DNA from: Alphaproteobacteria bacterium
GTDB lineage: Bacteria; Pseudomonadota; Alphaproteobacteria; CACIAM-22H2
NCBI GenBank assembly: GCA_041690495.1
Contig: JAWLHE010000004.1
Coordinates: 139,544-203,543 of the forward strand
DNA length: 64,000 bases
Reading direction: 5' to 3'
Below are positions 1-10,789 of the stretch, in pieces. Under the pieces are notes generated by a model, which was not told where the DNA came from, ran no database searches, and saw nothing but the letters and a program-made list of their open reading frames with translations. Numbering within the stretch: the stretch's first letter is position 1; every line of letters starts with the position of its first letter. The position numbers and the translations under genes were made by a program.

Positions 1-335
1 GGCACGGCGCGCGGCCCGCGACGATGATTGCCGCGATCGGCCCCTGCATCGCGCAGCGGTCCTACGAGGTCGGCCCGGAATTCCCCGCGCCGTTCATCGC
101 GGCGGATCCCGCGGACGCGATGTTCTTCGTTCCATCGAGCCGCCCCGGGCATTTCATGTTCGACCTGCGCGGCTATGTCGCGCGACGCCTGGCGAAGATC
201 GGAATCGGCGAGGTCCACCAGATGCCGAACGATACCTGCCGCGAGGAGGAGCGCTTCTTCAGCTATCGCCGCGCCTGCCTGCGCGGCGAAAAGGACTACG
301 GACGCGGGCTGTCCGCCATCACCCTGCAGTGCTGA
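1..335 (+). CDS. pgeF: PgeF/YfiH-family (DUF152) protein, C-terminal part; 5' end lies outside the window
   Basis: The frame is open from the window edge (..HGARPATMIAAIGPCIAQRSYEVGPEF..). The tail FFSYRRACLRGEKDYGRGLSAITL matches the conserved C-terminal half of YfiH/PgeF proteins as I remember them. Confidence 0.75.
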   Translation, partial: HGARPATMIAAIGPCIAQRSYEVGPEFPAPFIAADPADAMFFVPSSRPGHFMFDLRGYVARRLAKIGIGEVHQMPNDTCREEERFFSYRRACLRGEKDYGRGLSAITLQC

Positions 336-345
336 ACCGCGGTCC

Positions 346-1251
346 ATGCGATGCCGTATCTGTTTCTCTTCTTCGTGTTCTGCTTCCTCGGGCTGCTGGC
401 GACCTGTGCGATCTGACCGTTTCGTCCCCCTCGCTCTGATCGCGTGTCTGCTCGCGGGCGCGTGCGGAAACCTGCCGCGCCCATTCCAGCCCGATGACAA
501 GAGCGAGTCCAACCGGCTGCTGATCCTGCCCGACCGCGCCGGCGTGATCGTCCTCCCGGTCGCCGGCCTGCCCGAGCCGGTTGCGGTCGAGCTCGCCGAG
601 CGGCTGGCCGACGCACTGCGGCGCGAGAACATCCCGGCGACCACCGGCGAGGGCAATCGTGCCAGCTATCAGCTCGAGGGCGAGACGACGGTCGATGCGG
701 ACGGCGTTCCGGTCGCATCGTTCGAGCTGCGCGACGCGCGCAGCGCGCTGATCAAGAGCCATCGCGTCAAGCTCGATCGCGGCGTCCAGACCGGCGCCGG
801 CCTCGATCTTATGGCGGTCGCGCGCGATGCTGCACTGGCGCTGGCCGCGGCGCTCCAGCCCGAGGCGGTCGAACCGCCGGCGCAGCGGCTCGCACTTCGG
901 GTCGGCGAGGTAACCGGAGCCCCCGGCGAAGGCGGCATGGCGCTCGCGCGCTCGCTCGACTACGCGCTGCGCCGCACCGGCGTGAGGCTGGCGCCGGACA
1001 GCGATGCGGACAGTGCGGTCGTGCGCGGCGCCGTGACCATTGTGCCGCGCGGTCCGAAGCTGCGCAGCGTCGCGATCGTGTGGACCGTCTTCGCGCCGGA
1101 CGGCACTGAGCTGGGCAAGGTGCAACAGGAGAACGACGTGACCCAGGAATTCATCGACCACGCCTGGCCCGAGATGGCGAGCGCCGTCGCCGACGGCGCC
1201 GCAGAGGGTCTCGCCGACCTCATCGATCGCGCACCGCCGGTGCGGCGATGA
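346..1251 (+). CDS. Putative lipoprotein, function unknown
   Basis: I used the internal ATG at 346 of track ORF 28..1251, because the upstream part overlaps pgeF out of frame. The N-terminus FVPLALIACLLAGACG looks like a lipoprotein signal with a lipobox Cys. No family recognised. Confidence 0.5.
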   Translation: MRCRICFSSSCSASSGCWRPVRSDRFVPLALIACLLAGACGNLPRPFQPDDKSESNRLLILPDRAGVIVLPVAGLPEPVAVELAERLADALRRENIPATTGEGNRASYQLEGETTVDADGVPVASFELRDARSALIKSHRVKLDRGVQTGAGLDLMAVARDAALALAAALQPEAVEPPAQRLALRVGEVTGAPGEGGMALARSLDYALRRTGVRLAPDSDADSAVVRGAVTIVPRGPKLRSVAIVWTVFAPDGTELGKVQQENDVTQEFIDHAWPEMASAVADGAAEGLADLIDRAPPVRR

Positions 1252-2264
1252 TTTCCCGGAGCCTTCTCGTTGCCACCCTGGTTGTTGCGGCGGTGTTCCC
1301 CGCCCTCGCGCAGAAGCCGCCCGGACGCGACTGGACGTTCAACCTGATCGAGGAGAACGATTCGCTGGTCCATGGTGACAAGCATTACACGCAGGGCCTC
1401 TACGCCTCACTCTTCGCAGCACAGGGTGCAGGCGCGGATCGCTGGTTCGACCGGATGCGCGCCGTCGCGGACACGATCATGCTGCCGGCCGAAGGCGGCC
1501 GGCTCTATTTCGGCGGATTCATCGGCCAGAGCATCTTCACGCCAGAGGACAGGTTGCTGGTCCCGCCGGACGAGACCGACCGCCCCTATGCCGGCTGGCT
1601 CTATGGCGGCGTATCGCTCTACCGCGACACCGGCCGCACGCTCGACCGCGCCACGCTTACCCTCGGCCTGGTCGGGCCCGGCGCGGGGGCCCGCAGGGTC
1701 CAGAACGGCTGGCACGACCTCACCAACCCGTTCATCGGCGCACCGCAGGTCCGCGGCTGGCCGTACCAGCTCAAGAACGAACCCGGCATCGTCGTGAGCG
1801 AGGAGCGCAAATGGCGCTTCGCCACGTCGCTCGGCCCGTTCGAGGCCGACGTCCTGCCCGAGGCGAATGTCTCGCTGGGCAACATCCTTACTTACGCCGG
1901 GGCCGGTGCCATGATCCGCTTCGGCCAGCACCTCCGCGTCGACTGGGGCCAGCCGCGCATCCAGCCGGCACTGGCGGGCACCGATTTCGTCAACCCCGAC
2001 GCCCTGCGCCGCGGCCCGGCCTGGTACGTTTTCGCCGGTGGCGAAGCGCGCGCGGTCGCACGCAACATCTTCCTCGACGGAAACACCTTCGAGAGCGGCC
2101 CCAGCGTCGACAAGAAGCCCGTAGTCGCCGACTTCACCGCGGGCGCCGCCCTGGTCACCCGTGCCCTCCGACTCGGCGTCAGCTATACGTACCGGACCGA
2201 GGAGTTCGACAGGCAGCATGGCGCGAACAATTTCCTCGCCATCAACCTGTCGATCCTGTTCTGA
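1248..2264 (+). CDS. LpxR-family (DUF2219) lipid A deacylase-like outer-membrane protein
   Basis: ATGA start/stop overlap with the upstream gene. Signal peptide VVAAVFPALAQK. The motif EENDSLVHGDKHYTQGLY resembles the END..D.HYT.G signature of the LpxR/DUF2219 family. Confidence 0.65.
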   Translation: MISRSLLVATLVVAAVFPALAQKPPGRDWTFNLIEENDSLVHGDKHYTQGLYASLFAAQGAGADRWFDRMRAVADTIMLPAEGGRLYFGGFIGQSIFTPEDRLLVPPDETDRPYAGWLYGGVSLYRDTGRTLDRATLTLGLVGPGAGARRVQNGWHDLTNPFIGAPQVRGWPYQLKNEPGIVVSEERKWRFATSLGPFEADVLPEANVSLGNILTYAGAGAMIRFGQHLRVDWGQPRIQPALAGTDFVNPDALRRGPAWYVFAGGEARAVARNIFLDGNTFESGPSVDKKPVVADFTAGAALVTRALRLGVSYTYRTEEFDRQHGANNFLAINLSILF

Positions 2265-2338
2265 TCCGGCGGCAGATACCGCCCTTGGCCCGTCAAGCCG
2301 GTTTACACGGGCATGACGGGCTGTTACATTCCGCGCCG

Positions 2339-2385
2339 CCCGCGAGGGAACGTTCCCGTCGCGGGTTTCCTGTTTCAATTTCAGG
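2339..2385 (+). terminator. GC-rich hairpin plus T-rich tail downstream of the LpxR-like gene, in the prs leader
   Basis: CCCGCGAGGGAAC/GTTCCC(G)TCGCGGG forms a 13-bp imperfect palindrome with one bulged G. It is followed by TTTCCTGTTTCAATTTC. Confidence 0.4.
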
Positions 2386-2420
2386 CACTTAAGGCGCCTC
2401 GGGATCGGGTCTCTGCCGCA

Positions 2421-3353
<933 letters not shown>

Positions 3354-3416
3354 CGGAGTTTCGTGTGGGCGCGCGGCACCCCTGGAGGCCGGCGCCGTTT
3401 TGAAGAGGAGAGCGAG

Positions 3417-4127
3417 ATGGTTGATGCAGTAACGATCGCGGCACAGCCGCGACAGCGGGCCGGAAAGGGGGCCGCCCGCGCCACCCGTCGCGCAGGGCGC
3501 GTGCCCGGCGTGATCTATGGTGAGCGCAAGGCGCCTGAGCTGATCGATCTCGACCCCAAGGAGCTCGGCCGCGAGCTGCAGAAGGCGGGATTTTTCACGC
3601 GCGTGTTCGACATTCAGATGAACGGCAAGACCGAGCGCGTGCTGCCGCGCGACGTCCAGCTCCATCCGGTCAGCGACCAGCCGGAGCATGTCGATTTCAT
3701 GCGCGTCGGCGCCGCCACGCGCATCCGCGTGTCGATCCCGGTCGAGTTCGCCAACAAGGACAGGTCGCCGGGCCTGAAGCGCGGCGGCGTGCTCAACGTC
3801 GTGCGGCACGAGATCGAGGTCTACTGCACGGTCGAGAACATTCCGCAAGGGATCGTCGTCGATCTGGAGGGCCTCGACATCGGCGACAGCGTGCATATCA
3901 GCGCGGTCAAGCTGCCCGAGGGCGTCAGCCCGACCATCGCGCGCAACTTCACCGTCGCGGCGGTGGCGGCGCCGAGCGTCATGAAGTCGGCCGAGGAAGA
4001 AGCGGCCGAGGCGGCAGCGAAGACCGCGGCGGCGACCGCCGCCGCGGTGCCCGGCGAGGCCGGGGCTACCGCTGCTCCGGCGGCGGCCGCACCGGCTGCC
4101 GAGAAGAAGGCACCCGCCAAGAAGTAA
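3417..4127 (+). CDS. rplY: 50S ribosomal protein L25 / general stress protein Ctc
   Basis: QPRQRAGKGAARATRRAGRVPGVIYG N-terminus, with an Ala/Pro/Lys-rich C-terminal tail. GAAGAGGAGAG Shine-Dalgarno region lies before ATG 3417. Confidence 0.9.
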   Translation: MVDAVTIAAQPRQRAGKGAARATRRAGRVPGVIYGERKAPELIDLDPKELGRELQKAGFFTRVFDIQMNGKTERVLPRDVQLHPVSDQPEHVDFMRVGAATRIRVSIPVEFANKDRSPGLKRGGVLNVVRHEIEVYCTVENIPQGIVVDLEGLDIGDSVHISAVKLPEGVSPTIARNFTVAAVAAPSVMKSAEEEAAEAAAKTAAATAAAVPGEAGATAAPAAAAPAAEKKAPAKK

Positions 4128-4142
4128 GCCGCCTTGCCGGAG

Positions 4143-4754
4143 ATGCTGCTCCTGGTCGGCCTGGGCAATCCCGGGCCGACCTACGCACGGCACCGGCACA
4201 ACGTCGGCTACATGGCGGTGGACGAGATCGTCCGCCGCCATGGCTTCGGCCCGTGGCGGACGCGCTTCGAGGGCGTCGCCGCGGAGGGAAAGATCGGCGG
4301 CGTCAAGGTGGTGGCGCTGAAGCCGCATACCTATATGAACGAGTCCGGCCGTTCGGTCGCGGCGGCGATGCGGTTCTACAAGCTCGACCCGGCGCAGGTC
4401 TTCGTCTTCTACGACGAACTCGACCTGCTGCCCGGCAAGGTGCGGGTGAAGCGCGGCGGCGGCGCCGGCGGCCATAACGGCATACGCTCGCTCGATGCGC
4501 ATATCGGTCCGGACTATTGGCGTATTCGCATCGGCATCGGCCATCCTGGCCGCAAGGATCTGGTGAGCATCCATGTCCTCCACGATTTCGCCAAGGCGGA
4601 CGCCGCATGGCTCGTGCCGGTCCTCGAGACGATCGCCGCCGAGCTGCCGCGCCTTCTTGACGGCGACGAGGGCGGCTTCATGAGCCGGGTGGCATTGGCG
4701 ACCAGGCCGCCGTCGGCGAAGAAGGAGCCGAAGGCGAAGGGCGAGACGCCGTAG
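4143..4754 (+). CDS. pth: Peptidyl-tRNA hydrolase
   Basis: [32 protein letters not shown]. The track start 4134 is a TTG; ATG 4143 is preferred. Confidence 0.93.
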   Translation: MLLLVGLGNPGPTYARHRHNVGYMAVDEIVRRHGFGPWRTRFEGVAAEGKIGGVKVVALKPHTYMNESGRSVAAAMRFYKLDPAQVFVFYDELDLLPGKVRVKRGGGAGGHNGIRSLDAHIGPDYWRIRIGIGHPGRKDLVSIHVLHDFAKADAAWLVPVLETIAAELPRLLDGDEGGFMSRVALATRPPSAKKEPKAKGETP

Positions 4755-4768
4755 CTTTTCCTTGAAGC

Positions 4769-4841
4769 GTCATGCGCGGACTTGAGCCGCGGATCCATAG
4801 TGCCGCCGGCAATGAAAGCGCGGATCAAGTCCGCGGATGAC
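4769..4841. repeat. REP-like inverted repeat between pth and ychF
   Basis: GTCATGCGCGGACTTGAGCCGCG (4769-4791) and its near-perfect reverse complement CGCGGATCAAGTCCGCGGATGAC (4819-4841). Same GTCAT..CGG style as the repeats at 15.6 and 17.6 kb. Confidence 0.6.
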
Positions 4842-4879
4842 GCACGTTGAAACAATTGATGCGAGACGAGTAGTCAGAA

Positions 4880-5980
4880 ATGGGTTTTCGTTGTGGAATC
4901 GTCGGTCTGCCCAATGTCGGCAAGTCGACCCTGTTCAATGCGCTGACCGCGACCGCGGCGGCCGCCTCGGCCAACTATCCGTTCTGCACGATCGAGCCGA
5001 ATATCGGCCGCGTGCCGGTGCCCGACCCGCGGCTCGACAAGCTCGCGATCCTGGCGAAATCGGCGAAGGCGGTCCCGACCCAGCTCGAATTCGTCGACAT
5101 CGCCGGCCTCGTGCGCGGCGCCTCGAAGGGCGAAGGCCTCGGCAACCAGTTCCTCGCCAATATCCGCGAGGTCGACGCGATCGCGCACGTGCTGCGCTGC
5201 TTCGAGGGCGGCGACATCACCCATGTCGAGGGCTCGGTCGATCCCTTGCGCGACGCCGACACGGTCGAGACCGAGCTGATGCTTGCCGACATGGACAGCC
5301 TCGAGAAGCGCGTCAACGCCGCCCAGAAGAAGGCGCGCGGCCAGGACAAGGAGGCGAAGGCCCAGCTCGAGGTGATGGAGCCGATCCTTGCATTGCTGCG
5401 CGAGGGCAAGCCCGGACGCGCATTCAAACCGACGCCGGAGCAGGCCGAGATCGTCCGCCAGCTCCAGCTCCTGACGACAAAGCCGGTGCTCTATGTCTGC
5501 AACGTCGAGGAAAGCGCGGCGGCCGAAGGCAACGCGCTGTCGCGGAAAGTCGCCGAGAAGGCGGCGCGCGAGGGCGCCTCGTCGGTGGTGATCTCCGCCG
5601 CGATCGAGGCCGAGGTCGCGGTGCTGCCGAGCGAAGCCGACCGCAAGGAGTTCCTCGATTCGCTCGGCCTCAGCGAGACCGGCCTTACCCGCGTGATCCG
5701 TGCCGGCTATGCCCGGCTCGGCCTCATCACCTTCTTCACCGTCGGACCGAAGGAGGCGCGCGCCTGGACGGTGCGCAAGGGCGCCAAGGCGCCCGAGGCG
5801 GCCGGCGTCATCCACACCGATTTCGAGCGCGGCTTCATCTGTGCCGAGACGATCGCATTCGACGATTTCGTCACCTGCGGCAGCGAGCAGGCCGCCAAGG
5901 ATGCCGGCAAGATGCGCCAGGAAGGCCGCGACTACGTCGTCAAGGACGGCGACATCATGCTGTTCCGGTTCAACGTGTAG
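4880..5980 (+). CDS. ychF: Redox-regulated ATPase YchF
   Basis: P-loop GIVGLPNVGKSTLFNALT. C-terminal TGS-like end YVVKDGDIMLFRFNV. Confidence 0.95.
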   Translation: MGFRCGIVGLPNVGKSTLFNALTATAAAASANYPFCTIEPNIGRVPVPDPRLDKLAILAKSAKAVPTQLEFVDIAGLVRGASKGEGLGNQFLANIREVDAIAHVLRCFEGGDITHVEGSVDPLRDADTVETELMLADMDSLEKRVNAAQKKARGQDKEAKAQLEVMEPILALLREGKPGRAFKPTPEQAEIVRQLQLLTTKPVLYVCNVEESAAAEGNALSRKVAEKAAREGASSVVISAAIEAEVAVLPSEADRKEFLDSLGLSETGLTRVIRAGYARLGLITFFTVGPKEARAWTVRKGAKAPEAAGVIHTDFERGFICAETIAFDDFVTCGSEQAAKDAGKMRQEGRDYVVKDGDIMLFRFNV

Positions 5981-6061
5981 CAAAGGGGGTCCGCGGTCCG
6001 CCTCTTGCCGGCGTCTCGGCCCCGATGCTAAGCGGAACGCTGGACATCAAGGGAGGCCGCC

Positions 6062-6736
6062 ATGGGCAAGACGCTGAACCTGACCGCATCCGACGGACAC
6101 AGGCTGTCCGCCTATCGCGCCGATCCGGAGGGCAAGCCGCGCGGCGGCATCGTCGTGATCCAGGAGATCTTCGGCGTCAACGACCATATCCGCAAGGTAA
6201 CGGACAGCTACGCGGCCGAGGGCTATGTCGCGATCGCGCCGGCGCTGTTCGACCGCATCGAGCCAGATTTCGACGTCGGCTACAATGAGGCCGATATCGC
6301 CGCCGGCCGCGCGATGAAGGGCAAGGCCGACACGGATGCGGCGCTGCGCGACATCGCCGCGGCGCGCGACGCGATCGCGGAGTCCGGAAAGGTCGTAGTC
6401 GTGGGCTACTGCTGGGGCGGCTTCCTGGCCTGGCTTGCGGCGACGCGGCTGGAAGAGTTCGCGGCGGCGTCATCCTACTACGGCGGCGGCATCGGGGCCG
6501 TGGCGGCGGAGAAGCCCCGCTGCGCGGTCATCATGCATTTCGGCGACAAGGATCAGTCCATCCCGTTAACCGAGGTCGACAAGGTTCGCACCGCACAGAA
6601 CGGCCGCCCGGTCGAGATCTACATCTATTCCGCCGGCCACGGCTTCAGCTGCGACCAGCGCGGCAGCTATCATGCCGAGAGCGCCAGGCTGGCGCGCGAC
6701 CGCACGCTCGATTTCTTCAGGAAGCACGTCGGCTGA
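6062..6736 (+). CDS. Dienelactone hydrolase family protein
   Basis: GGIVVIQEIFGVNDHIRKV, nucleophile elbow GYCWGG, late His in SAGHGF. Length is about 224 aa. Confidence 0.8.
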   Translation: MGKTLNLTASDGHRLSAYRADPEGKPRGGIVVIQEIFGVNDHIRKVTDSYAAEGYVAIAPALFDRIEPDFDVGYNEADIAAGRAMKGKADTDAALRDIAAARDAIAESGKVVVVGYCWGGFLAWLAATRLEEFAAASSYYGGGIGAVAAEKPRCAVIMHFGDKDQSIPLTEVDKVRTAQNGRPVEIYIYSAGHGFSCDQRGSYHAESARLARDRTLDFFRKHVG

Positions 6737-6796
6737 GATGTCGGCGCAGAGCGGCCGGTGTCCGACAAAGGCCACCTGCCAGGCCTGAACGAACGG

Positions 6797-7669
6797 TTAC
6801 GACGGCGCAAACTCAATCACGGCGCCAAACGCGTCGGATGCCGCGACCTGCAGCGTGTCATGGATGGCGCGGAAATGGACGCCGGCCGCATCGAGCAGGG
6901 TTCGCGTCGCGGCGACATCCCTGACCGCGATACGATAGGCGATGAAATGCGGCGTTCGGGGCCCGTACGGCAGCGCCGTGCCGAAGCGATCCTCGGCGCC
7001 CTTTCGATCGAGGACCACGACGCGGCCGCGCGCCGTAACCACCGTGAGCCGGCCGTCCGCCGATGAGACCGCATCTTTTCCCTGCAGCCGCCCGAACAGC
7101 CCGGCAAGAGCAGCCGGGTCGTCGGCGACCATGACGGCTTCGGCGACCGCGACGGCGCCATTGGCGTGCGCCTGATAATCCGGCTTCCAGAAATGCTGCG
7201 GCGCGTGCTGCTGGCAGACGAAAAAGACCGCTTCGGGGATACGCGCGTCCGTGACAAAAGCAAGTGAGAAGCCGACCGTGACCTCCTCGCCGCCCGGCAG
7301 AGTCGCCTTGCGCGAGAAGTCGAAGGGCGTATAGGTCTGCAGGCCCGCAGCCTCGAACTCCGCCTGGTCGCGCCGCGCATCGTCGCTGGCGAAGACCAGC
7401 ATCGAGAAGCCCTCGCGCTTCTCCAGGAATGTCTTGTTGAACAGGCCGAAAGAGAACTCGCCCTGGGCCGGCGGCGCCATCTTCGCCGGATCGACGACGG
7501 CGAGCAGCTCGAGAAAGTTGCCTTGCAGCTGCACGAGACTGTTGGCGGTGCCCCAGGGATGCATCGCCGGCGGCGTCAGGGAGAATCCCATCCGCGCATA
7601 CGCCGCGCGCGCCGCATCGAGGTCGCGCACGCACAGGACGAGATGATCGATGCCGCGCTCGTTCTTCAT
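6797..7669 (-). CDS. VOC (glyoxalase/bleomycin-resistance/dioxygenase) family protein, two-domain
   Basis: MKNERGIDHLVLCVRDLDAARAAYARMGF. Start moved to ATG 7669 (GGAG upstream). The longer track ORF would overlap the upstream gene. Confidence 0.65.
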   Translation of the reverse strand: MKNERGIDHLVLCVRDLDAARAAYARMGFSLTPPAMHPWGTANSLVQLQGNFLELLAVVDPAKMAPPAQGEFSFGLFNKTFLEKREGFSMLVFASDDARRDQAEFEAAGLQTYTPFDFSRKATLPGGEEVTVGFSLAFVTDARIPEAVFFVCQQHAPQHFWKPDYQAHANGAVAVAEAVMVADDPAALAGLFGRLQGKDAVSSADGRLTVVTARGRVVVLDRKGAEDRFGTALPYGPRTPHFIAYRIAVRDVAATRTLLDAAGVHFRAIHDTLQVAASDAFGAVIEFAPS

Positions 7670-7694
7670 GGTTTGCTCCGCTCCGCCTTTCGCG

Positions 7695-9749
7695 TCACCG
7701 CAGCGCCGCAGCGATGTTGCCCCCGTCGACGGTGAGCACGGCCCCGGTCGTGTTGTTGGCGAGCGCCAGCGCCACGAAACCTTGCGCGACGTCGGATGCC
7801 TTGACCTCGCGGCCGAGAAGATTGCCGCCCATGTAATCACGTTCGCTCAGTCCCCGCGCCTTCGATCGCGACGCGATCATCTCGTCGGTCAGCAGGCCGG
7901 TGCGGATGCGGTCGGCGTTGATCGCGTTGGAGCGGATGCCGTCCCTGCCGTAGTCGACCGCATATTGCCGCATCAGGAACATCGTCGTCGCCTTGGGCAG
8001 GCCGTACGGCCCGAAATCCGGGCCCGGATTGACCGCCTGCTTGGAGACATTGAACAGCAGGGAGCCGCCCGTCTTCTGCGCGCGCATGACACGCACCGCG
8101 TTCCGGGCCACGGTCTGGTGCGCGAAGAAATTTAGCTCGAAGCTCTGGCGCAGAGTCTTGTCGTCGACCTCGCCGATCTTCCCCTGCCACGCGGCGCCGG
8201 CGTTCGACACGACGATGTCGACGCCGCCGAAGCGCTCGCAGGCGCTGTCGAAGGCCTGGCGCACCGATGCCGGATCGGTCACGTCGCAGGCGACGGCCAG
8301 CCCGCCGAACTTCTTCGCAACGGCCTGCGCCGCCGCGAGGTCGCGGTCGGCGACGACCACCTCGGTGCCCTGCGCCGCGAAGGCCGCGACGGTCGCGGCG
8401 CCAATGCCGCCGCCGCCGCCGGTGACCAGCGTGATGTGGCGCGCGAGCGGTTTCTCGGCTGCCTTGCCGAGCTTCGCCTGTTCGAGCGACCAGTACTCGA
8501 CGTCGAAGATGTCGTCCTCCGAGATACTGACGAACCGGCCGATCGCCTCGGCGTCGGTGATGGTCACCACCGCGTTGTCGTAGATGTCTGCGGCGATCGC
8601 CGCGTCCTTGGCCGAGGCGCCGAGCGAGAATACGCCGAGCCCCGGCACCAGGATCACGCGCGGCACGGTGTCGAGCATCTTCTTGATGCCGCCGACGCGC
8701 GCATTCTGCCGCTCAAAATAGGTCCTGTAATCTGCGGCATAGCGCTCCAGCGCAGCTTTCGCCGCTGTCGCAAAAGCGTCGAGCTTGCCGGCCTCGGGCG
8801 CAGGCACGATCAGCGGCTTCTCCTTCGTGCGGATGACGTGGTCGGGCGTGATCGTACCGGCCTGGCTGTAGCGGGCGAGCTCGGCTCCATTGACGAAATT
8901 GAGGATCGCATCCCCGGTGCGGAACTCGACGATCCAGCGCCTGTAGATGCCGTCGTCGACGTCCGCCGGAATCGCGGCGAGCCCGCGCAGGATCGGCGCC
9001 ACCTCCGCGGGGGTCGCCAGCTTCGACGGAAGCGTTCCCGCCGCAAAGACGTTGCGGCGGCCCTTGCGCAGCCGCTCCTCCGCCATGCTGACCAGCTCGA
9101 TCATGCGGTCATAGGCGGTGCGCGCGTCGTCGCCCCAGGTGAAAATGCCGTGCTTGAGCAGAATGAGGCCATCCGCCTTCGGCGCCTGCTTCTGCGCCTC
9201 CGCCGCCATCTTGGCGAGGGTGAAGCCGGGCATGACGTACTCGACGATCGCGCAGCGGCCGTCATAGACCTCGCGACAGAGTTCCTCGCCGTTCGGCTGG
9301 TCGCTCAGCGCCAGCACCGCATTAGCGTGAGTATGGTCGATGAACTTGTGCGGCAGGAAGGCATGGAACAACGTCTCCACTGACGGGTTCGGCGCAAACG
9401 AGTCGAGCAGGTTGCAGCGCTGGAAGTTGACCATGTCTTCGTCGGTCAGCGCGTCGAGCCCATAAAGCCTGCGCAGCGGCTCCAGGCGCACGGCGGGCAG
9501 TCCCGGCGGCTCGATCACGCCCATGTCCCAGCCGCTACCCTTGACGCACAGCACCTCGACGTCCTCGCCGAGCGTGTCCTTCATCGTCGTCTTGACCGAG
9601 GTGTTGCCGCCGCCGTGCAGCACCAGCTCCGGCACGCCGCCGAGCAGCCGGGTTGTGTAGACGCGCAGCGCCAGGTCGCGATTGACGCCCTTGGCGCCGT
9701 ATTTATCGACCGCCGCCTGCGCAGCCTTGTCCGACCAGAGATTTTTCAT
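7695..9749 (-). CDS. Bifunctional class II aldolase/adducin-domain protein fused to a short-chain dehydrogenase (rhamnulose-1-phosphate aldolase/SDR type)
   Basis: 684 aa. N-terminal LVLHGGGNTSVKT.. aldolase-like region. C-terminal Rossmann VTGGGGGIGAAT and SDR core. Confidence 0.8.
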   Translation of the reverse strand: MKNLWSDKAAQAAVDKYGAKGVNRDLALRVYTTRLLGGVPELVLHGGGNTSVKTTMKDTLGEDVEVLCVKGSGWDMGVIEPPGLPAVRLEPLRRLYGLDALTDEDMVNFQRCNLLDSFAPNPSVETLFHAFLPHKFIDHTHANAVLALSDQPNGEELCREVYDGRCAIVEYVMPGFTLAKMAAEAQKQAPKADGLILLKHGIFTWGDDARTAYDRMIELVSMAEERLRKGRRNVFAAGTLPSKLATPAEVAPILRGLAAIPADVDDGIYRRWIVEFRTGDAILNFVNGAELARYSQAGTITPDHVIRTKEKPLIVPAPEAGKLDAFATAAKAALERYAADYRTYFERQNARVGGIKKMLDTVPRVILVPGLGVFSLGASAKDAAIAADIYDNAVVTITDAEAIGRFVSISEDDIFDVEYWSLEQAKLGKAAEKPLARHITLVTGGGGGIGAATVAAFAAQGTEVVVADRDLAAAQAVAKKFGGLAVACDVTDPASVRQAFDSACERFGGVDIVVSNAGAAWQGKIGEVDDKTLRQSFELNFFAHQTVARNAVRVMRAQKTGGSLLFNVSKQAVNPGPDFGPYGLPKATTMFLMRQYAVDYGRDGIRSNAINADRIRTGLLTDEMIASRSKARGLSERDYMGGNLLGREVKASDVAQGFVALALANNTTGAVLTVDGGNIAAALR

Positions 9750-9776
9750 CGACCAGCTCTCACATCCTGAACTGAA

Positions 9777-9885
9777 CCGCAGAGAACGCGGAGAAGCGCG
9801 GAGGACGCAGAAAAAAGGTTATGCGGCGCTCCGCGCCGAAAATTGTCTTCTCCGCGATCTCTGCGCTCCTCTGCGACCTCTGCGG
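9777..9885. repeat. Intergenic inverted array of 9-10-nt GCRGAGRA units
   Basis: Left arm CCGCAGAGAAC GCGGAGAAGC GCGGAGGAC GCAGAAAAAA. Right arm GTCTTCTCCGC GATCTCTGC GCTCCTCTGC GACCTCTGCGG is the complement orientation. A central CGGCGC-tcc-GCGCCG hairpin separates them. Confidence 0.6.
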
Positions 9886-9892
9886 TAAAGCT

Positions 9893-10789
9893 CTAGCCTT
9901 TGCTCAGCACGCGGCCAGCGACGGCGTCGAGCTTCTTGACGAGACCGGGATCGCGCGCGTGAGGCGCCGTGATGATCGCGTTGTCGAGCGCGCGGTGGCA
10001 GCCGGCGTCGCAGACATGCGTGCGGTCGCGCAGCCTGGGCGCGACCTTCTTCACGAGCGCACGCGCCTTCTCGGCATTGCCGAGCAGAATCTTGATCACC
10101 GCGTCGACCGTCACGTGATCGTGATCGGGGTGCCAGCAGTCATAATCGGTCACCATCGCGACGGTCGCGTAACACATCTCCGCCTCGCGGGCGAGCTTGG
10201 CCTCGGGCATGTTCGTCATGCCGATTACATCGCAGCCCCATGTGCGGTAAAGATTCGATTCGGCCTTGCTCGAGAATTGCGGCCCCTCCATGACCAGATA
10301 GGTGCCGCCACGCCTGGCGTTCAGGCCGAGATCCTTCACGGCCGCGGCGACATGGTCCCCGAGGCGGCGGCACACCGGCTCGGCCATCGAGACGTGCGCA
10401 ACGCAGCCGGTCTCGAAGAAGCTTTTCACCCGCGCGAAGGTGCGGTCGATGAACTGGTCGACGACGACGAAGGTGCCCGGCGGCAGATCTTCCTTGAGGC
10501 TGCCCACCGCGCTGACCGACAGGACCTCGGTGACTCCGACGCGCTTGAGGGCGTCGATATTGGCGCGAAAATTGAGTTCCGAGGGCGGGATGCGGTGGCC
10601 GCGGCCATGGCGCGGCAGGAAAACCAGCTTCTGCCCGCCCAGCTCGCCGAACATCAGATCGTCCGATGGCTCCCCCCAAGGGGTAAGGACCCGCTCCCAT
10701 CGCACATTGCTCAGCCCATCGATCTCGTAGACGCCGCTGCCGCCGATGATGCCGAGGACGGGCGTGCCGGGCGCGCCTGATTGGACCAT
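9893..10789 (-). CDS. mtnP: S-methyl-5'-thioadenosine phosphorylase
   Basis: LGIIGGSGVY, FLPRHGRGHRIPPSELNFRANI, GMTNMPEAKLAREAE. GGAGAGAGCAGGA lies before the ATG. Confidence 0.9.
   Translation of the reverse strand: MVQSGAPGTPVLGIIGGSGVYEIDGLSNVRWERVLTPWGEPSDDLMFGELGGQKLVFLPRHGRGHRIPPSELNFRANIDALKRVGVTEVLSVSAVGSLKEDLPPGTFVVVDQFIDRTFARVKSFFETGCVAHVSMAEPVCRRLGDHVAAAVKDLGLNARRGGTYLVMEGPQFSSKAESNLYRTWGCDVIGMTNMPEAKLAREAEMCYATVAMVTDYDCWHPDHDHVTVDAVIKILLGNAEKARALVKKVAPRLRDRTHVCDAGCHRALDNAIITAPHARDPGLVKKLDAVAGRVLSKG

Noticed and set aside
28-345. N-terminal extensions of several track ORFs. Examples: 28..1251, 2313..3353, 6797..7840, 16541..17584, 29762..30943, 34699..36372, 38115..39584, 45106..45813, 49810..50610, 53232..54209, 55826..57061.
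   Set aside because: The extensions overlap neighbouring genes, are Arg/Pro-rich, and precede internal starts that match known family N-termini or signal peptides and often have an SD. I trimmed the coordinates accordingly.
9777-9885. Possible CRISPR array or minisatellite.
   Set aside because: The units are only 9-10 nt, directly abutting with no spacers, and arranged as two inverted arms. There are no cas genes in the window.
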